Source: Candidatus Atelocyanobacterium thalassa isolate ALOHA
GTDB taxonomy: Bacteria > Cyanobacteriota > Cyanobacteriia > Cyanobacteriales > Microcystaceae
Direction: 5' to 3'
Assembly (NCBI RefSeq): GCF_000025125.1
Contig: NC_013771.1
Span: forward strand, 1,320,001 to 1,352,000
DNA: 32,000 nucleotides
The notes under the pieces are model-generated. The model worked only from the letters and a program-made list of their open reading frames with translations. It was not told where the DNA came from and did not search any database. The first letter of the stretch is position 1. The number at the start of each line of letters is the position of its first letter. The position numbers were made by a program, and so were the translations under genes. This document shows, in pieces, positions 29,262 through 32,000 of this stretch.

Positions 29262-29623
29262 AAATATATTTTTTAGTTATTATAGCTTTTTGAACGCCAG
29301 CTAAAATCAAGTAAACTCAATAAAAGTTCTGGTATATTACTCTGTAATTTTGTAGTACTTAACTTTACTCTTAAAGGCACTTATAATTATTTAGAAAATC
29401 ATGAACTTTCTTCATTGAGAATGTTTGGAATGAGAAAATTGTTAATCACTTTTTCTTCTTTTACAAATTACTAAATAAAATTGTTTCCGAGAGTTAAATT
29501 GAAAATAATATTTTTCATTTTGATCAATTCTTGTTCATTTATTTGGATAGAGAATTAAAACTTACTCAGGTTTCTAGAATAACTTTATTTTTATTAAATA
29601 AAATATTTAAAGAATAATCTTAT

Positions 29624-29710
29624 TTAAATTTTAAAGCTACTAATTTTGGCCTCTAAGTTTATATTATCAACATAAACTTAGGGGTCAAAGTTAGTAGCTT
29701 TAAAATTTAA
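29624..29710 (+). other. 39-bp uninterrupted stem-loop (inverted repeat) in the rplI-zwf spacer
   Basis: Hand-paired base by base: 29624-29662 pairs with 29672-29710 around a 9-nt loop. There are 36 WC pairs and 3 T:G pairs, which are wobble-compatible only in a + strand transcript. Confidence 0.9.
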
Positions 29711-29742
29711 CCATATAGTGGCTTTAAAATTTAACCATATAG
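29695..29742. repeat. 24-bp tandem repeat x 2 (T[A/G]GCTTTAAAATTTAACCATATAG) overlapping the 3' arm of the hairpin
   Basis: 29695-29718 and 29719-29742 are identical at 23 of 24 positions. A degenerate third unit (CTTAAAATTTGATAT) lies near 29758-29776. Confidence 0.9.
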
Positions 29743-29901
29743 TTAGAGAATATATTAAGACTTAAAATTTGATATGGGAAAGAAGCCACTGATGAATTAC
29801 ACAGTTTATTATTATCAAAGCTTAATTTTGTGTAATAACTTCGCTTCCTTCAGAAAAGTTTTAGTTAGACTAAAAACTATTGAGGAGGCAAAGTAAAGCT
29901 T

Positions 29902-31431
29902 ATGGTAACATTATTAGAAAATCCATTTCGCATTGGACTACGCCAAGAGAGAAACCCACAACCCTTAATACTAGTGATCTTTGGTGCTTCTGGTGATTTA
30001 ACTCAACGTAAACTCGTTCCTGCCCTCTACAAAATGAAACAGGAACGGCGATTACCTCCAGAGTTAACAATAGTAGGGGTTGCTCGTCGAGATTGGAGTC
30101 ACGATTATTTTAGAGAAAAGATGCTAGAAGGAATTGAAGAATTCTCTGATGGTATTGGAAATCAAGAATTGTGGGATGATTTCGCTGATGGCCTATATTA
30201 TTGTTCAGGTAATATGGATGAACCAGAAAGTTATCAAAAATTGAAAACTTTCTTGAAGGAATTAGATAGCAAGAGAGGAACTAGAGGTAATCGCGTATTT
30301 TATCTATCTGTCTCTCCTAATTTTTTCCCACCTGGGATTAAGCAATTAGGCGCAGCTGGAATGCTAGAAGATCCTTTAAAGCATAGAATTGTTATTGAAA
30401 AGCCTTTTGGTAAAGATTTAAGTTCAGCGAAAGTTCTTAACCGTCTTGTTCAAAATGTTTGTAAAGAAGAGCAAGTCTATCGAATTGATCATTATTTAGG
30501 AAAAGAAACTGTTCAAAATTTATTAGTTTTTCGTTTTGCGAATGCAATTTTTGAACCTTTATGGAATCGTCAATTTGTAGATCATGTTCAAATTACAGTA
30601 GCTGAAACTGTCGGGGTAGAGGATAGAGCAGGTTACTATGATACCTCTGGAGCTTTACGAGATATGTTGCAAAACCATCTTATGCAGCTTTTTTGTTTAA
30701 CTGCTATGGAACCTCCTAATGCTTTAAACGCTGATAGTATACGTAATGAAAAAGTTAAGGTCTTACAAGCAACTAACTTAGCGGATACTCATAATCTAGA
30801 AAACTCAGCTATTCGTGGGCAATATAAAGCAGGTTGGATGAAAGGAAAACCTGTTCCAGGATACTTAGAAGAATCAGGAGTTCCTCTAAATTCTTCTACG
30901 CCTACTTATGTAGCAATGAAATTAATGGTAGATAACTGGAGATGGAAAGGAGTACCTTTTTATCTTAGAACTGGAAAAAGATTACCTAAAAAGGTAACTG
31001 AAATATCTATTCAATTTAAAGATGTACCATTTCTTATTTTTCAGTCAGCAGCTTACCAAACAAATCCTAATATTTTGAGCATGCGTATTCAACCTAATGA
31101 AGGTATAGCTTTAAAATTTGAAGCAAAAATGCCAGGTTCAGAACTTCGTACTCGTTCAGTAGAAATGGATTTTAACTATGGTTCTTCTTTTGGTATGACC
31201 ACATCAGATGCATATCATCGCCTCTTATTAGATGCCATGCTAGGAGATCAAACTTTATTTACACGGGCTGACGAGGTTGAAGAGGCATGGCGTGTTGTTA
31301 GCCCTGTTCTTTCTGTATGGGATAGTCCGGCTGAGCCTAATAGCGTTCCTCAATATGAAGCTGGAACATGGGAACCTACAGAAGCAGAGTTGTTAATGAA
31401 TCGTGATGGTCGTCGTTGGCGACGCTTGTAA
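29902..31431 (+). CDS. zwf: glucose-6-phosphate 1-dehydrogenase
   Basis: 509-aa ORF with the GASGDLT NADP motif, the RIDHYLGKE active-site motif and the conserved EKPxG block (IEKPFG). A strong GAGGAGG SD lies 12 nt upstream. Confidence 0.97.
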   Translation: MVTLLENPFRIGLRQERNPQPLILVIFGASGDLTQRKLVPALYKMKQERRLPPELTIVGVARRDWSHDYFREKMLEGIEEFSDGIGNQELWDDFADGLYYCSGNMDEPESYQKLKTFLKELDSKRGTRGNRVFYLSVSPNFFPPGIKQLGAAGMLEDPLKHRIVIEKPFGKDLSSAKVLNRLVQNVCKEEQVYRIDHYLGKETVQNLLVFRFANAIFEPLWNRQFVDHVQITVAETVGVEDRAGYYDTSGALRDMLQNHLMQLFCLTAMEPPNALNADSIRNEKVKVLQATNLADTHNLENSAIRGQYKAGWMKGKPVPGYLEESGVPLNSSTPTYVAMKLMVDNWRWKGVPFYLRTGKRLPKKVTEISIQFKDVPFLIFQSAAYQTNPNILSMRIQPNEGIALKFEAKMPGSELRTRSVEMDFNYGSSFGMTTSDAYHRLLLDAMLGDQTLFTRADEVEEAWRVVSPVLSVWDSPAEPNSVPQYEAGTWEPTEAELLMNRDGRRWRRL

Positions 31432-31505
31432 TAGAAATCAGGATTTCTTTCCTGCTTAGTTGATTTCTTATCTAACCAATAACTTCCTCCCATAACAGAA
31501 CAATT

Positions 31506-32000
31506 ATGACTACTCAAACTCTTCCAATCGTTTCCTTGCAAGATTCCAAGGATGTTTCCATAAATGCCATTGAAGCCGAACTAAGCAATATTTGGCAAAG
31601 TTATAATAACGATGATGGAATTATAGCTACTCGTGCCAATACATTTACTTTTATCATTTATGAGCCTGGACCAACCCAGTATCTATTAGCTGTTCTTGGC
31701 TTCTATACAGGCACTATTGATGGCATAGTTGGACCTCGTACTATTGCTGCGATTAAATCTGCAGAAGAAACATATAACTTGAAAGTAACAGGTGAATCTA
31801 GCGAAGAATTTATTCTTAAGTTGCAGTCAGAGTTTAAACAAGCTAAAGCTAAAGGACAGCTTAGTGATTTGCAAAAAATTACTGCTCAGTCTTACTCTCC
31901 TGACTTAGAAGAGACAGGTTTAGCTAATTTTAATCCTTGTAGGGTAATTACAATTCGTCCTACTGTTGATAGTAATGATCAAGAAGTTAGGGCACAAGTC
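31506..32000 (+). CDS. opcA: OpcA, G6PDH assembly/allosteric effector protein (5' partial; runs off the window)
   Basis: Not in the ORF track because no stop is reached. The ATG is at 31506 and the frame stays open for 165 codons to 32000. The translation MTTQTLPIVSLQDSKDVSINAIEAELSNIWQ...ATRANTFTFIIYEP matches the OpcA N-terminus, and the gene sits directly downstream of zwf as in other cyanobacteria. Confidence 0.85.
   Translation, partial: MTTQTLPIVSLQDSKDVSINAIEAELSNIWQSYNNDDGIIATRANTFTFIIYEPGPTQYLLAVLGFYTGTIDGIVGPRTIAAIKSAEETYNLKVTGESSEEFILKLQSEFKQAKAKGQLSDLQKITAQSYSPDLEETGLANFNPCRVITIRPTVDSNDQEVRAQV

Noticed and set aside
29624-29710. The long inverted repeat considered as a MITE or IS remnant.
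   Set aside because: It has no flanking target-site duplication, no transposase fragment and no second copy in this window. This cannot be excluded without a genome-wide search, so it is reported as a structure rather than a mobile element.
29695-29776. Tandem repeats here and at 20874-20915 considered as a possible CRISPR array.
   Set aside because: There are only 2-3 directly abutting units with no spacers between them. The units are AT-rich and non-palindromic, and no cas genes are present in the window.
29774-29896. 40-codon upstream ORF ending 5 nt before the zwf ATG.
   Set aside because: It has no SD, and its last codons simply overlap the zwf SD (GAGGAGG). My rough estimate is ~4% for a 40-codon open run per start, so with many ATGs available it is not significant. 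It cannot be called a leader peptide without conservation evidence.
31432-31505. Short hairpin GAAATCAGGATTTC just after the zwf stop, considered as a zwf-opcA attenuator.
   Set aside because: It has only a 5-bp stem with a 4-nt loop and no clear U-tract context. zwf-opcA co-transcription is the norm, so the evidence is too weak to call.
31350-31541. 63-aa - strand ORF spanning the zwf 3' end and the opcA start.
   Set aside because: It is antisense to two well-supported genes and their junction, with no motif support.

Overview
This is an AT-rich cyanobacterial chromosome segment, roughly one-third G+C by eye (not computed), and it is almost entirely intact housekeeping genes. I support 29 protein genes and one tRNA. 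The genes are a TrmH-family methyltransferase, murA, acpP-fabF, pheS, a small DUF4346-like gene, a pyruvate kinase with a C-terminal PEP-utilizer domain, a UDP-glucuronate decarboxylase / UDP-glucose dehydrogenase pair, and pyrB. They continue with divergent hemN and acsF, a DUF123/GIY-YIG protein, an SLH-OprB type porin, cysK, an orphan DUF1537 four-carbon acid sugar kinase, rpmI-rplT and tRNA-Ala(GGC). The remainder are a DUF3318-like protein, glnA, a hypothetical membrane protein, a Crp/Fnr-like regulator, a bipartite hypothetical protein, clpP, an ArsR-like regulator divergent from a pentapeptide-repeat protein, rplI, zwf and the 5' part of opcA. Summing my own coordinates gives about 81% coding. 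I saw no IS elements, CRISPR array, prophage or toxin/defence genes. The gene content (AcsF, OpcA, SLH-porin, pentapeptide repeats), the K/N/I-rich proteins and the long ORF-free AT-rich spacers fit a genome-reduced unicellular diazotrophic cyanobacterium. That points to a UCYN-A / Candidatus Atelocyanobacterium-like or diatom spheroid-body-like lineage, but this is inference only and cannot be verified without a search. I did not find a convincing novel multi-gene system. The most unusual signals are non-coding. The strongest is a 39-bp uninterrupted stem-loop fused to 24-bp tandem repeats upstream of zwf-opcA. Others are a perfect 46-nt palindromic bidirectional terminator, a 21-bp tandem duplication upstream of rpmI, and a nested palindrome abutting the tRNA. 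There are also a few functionally opaque genes retained in what looks like a streamlined genome.
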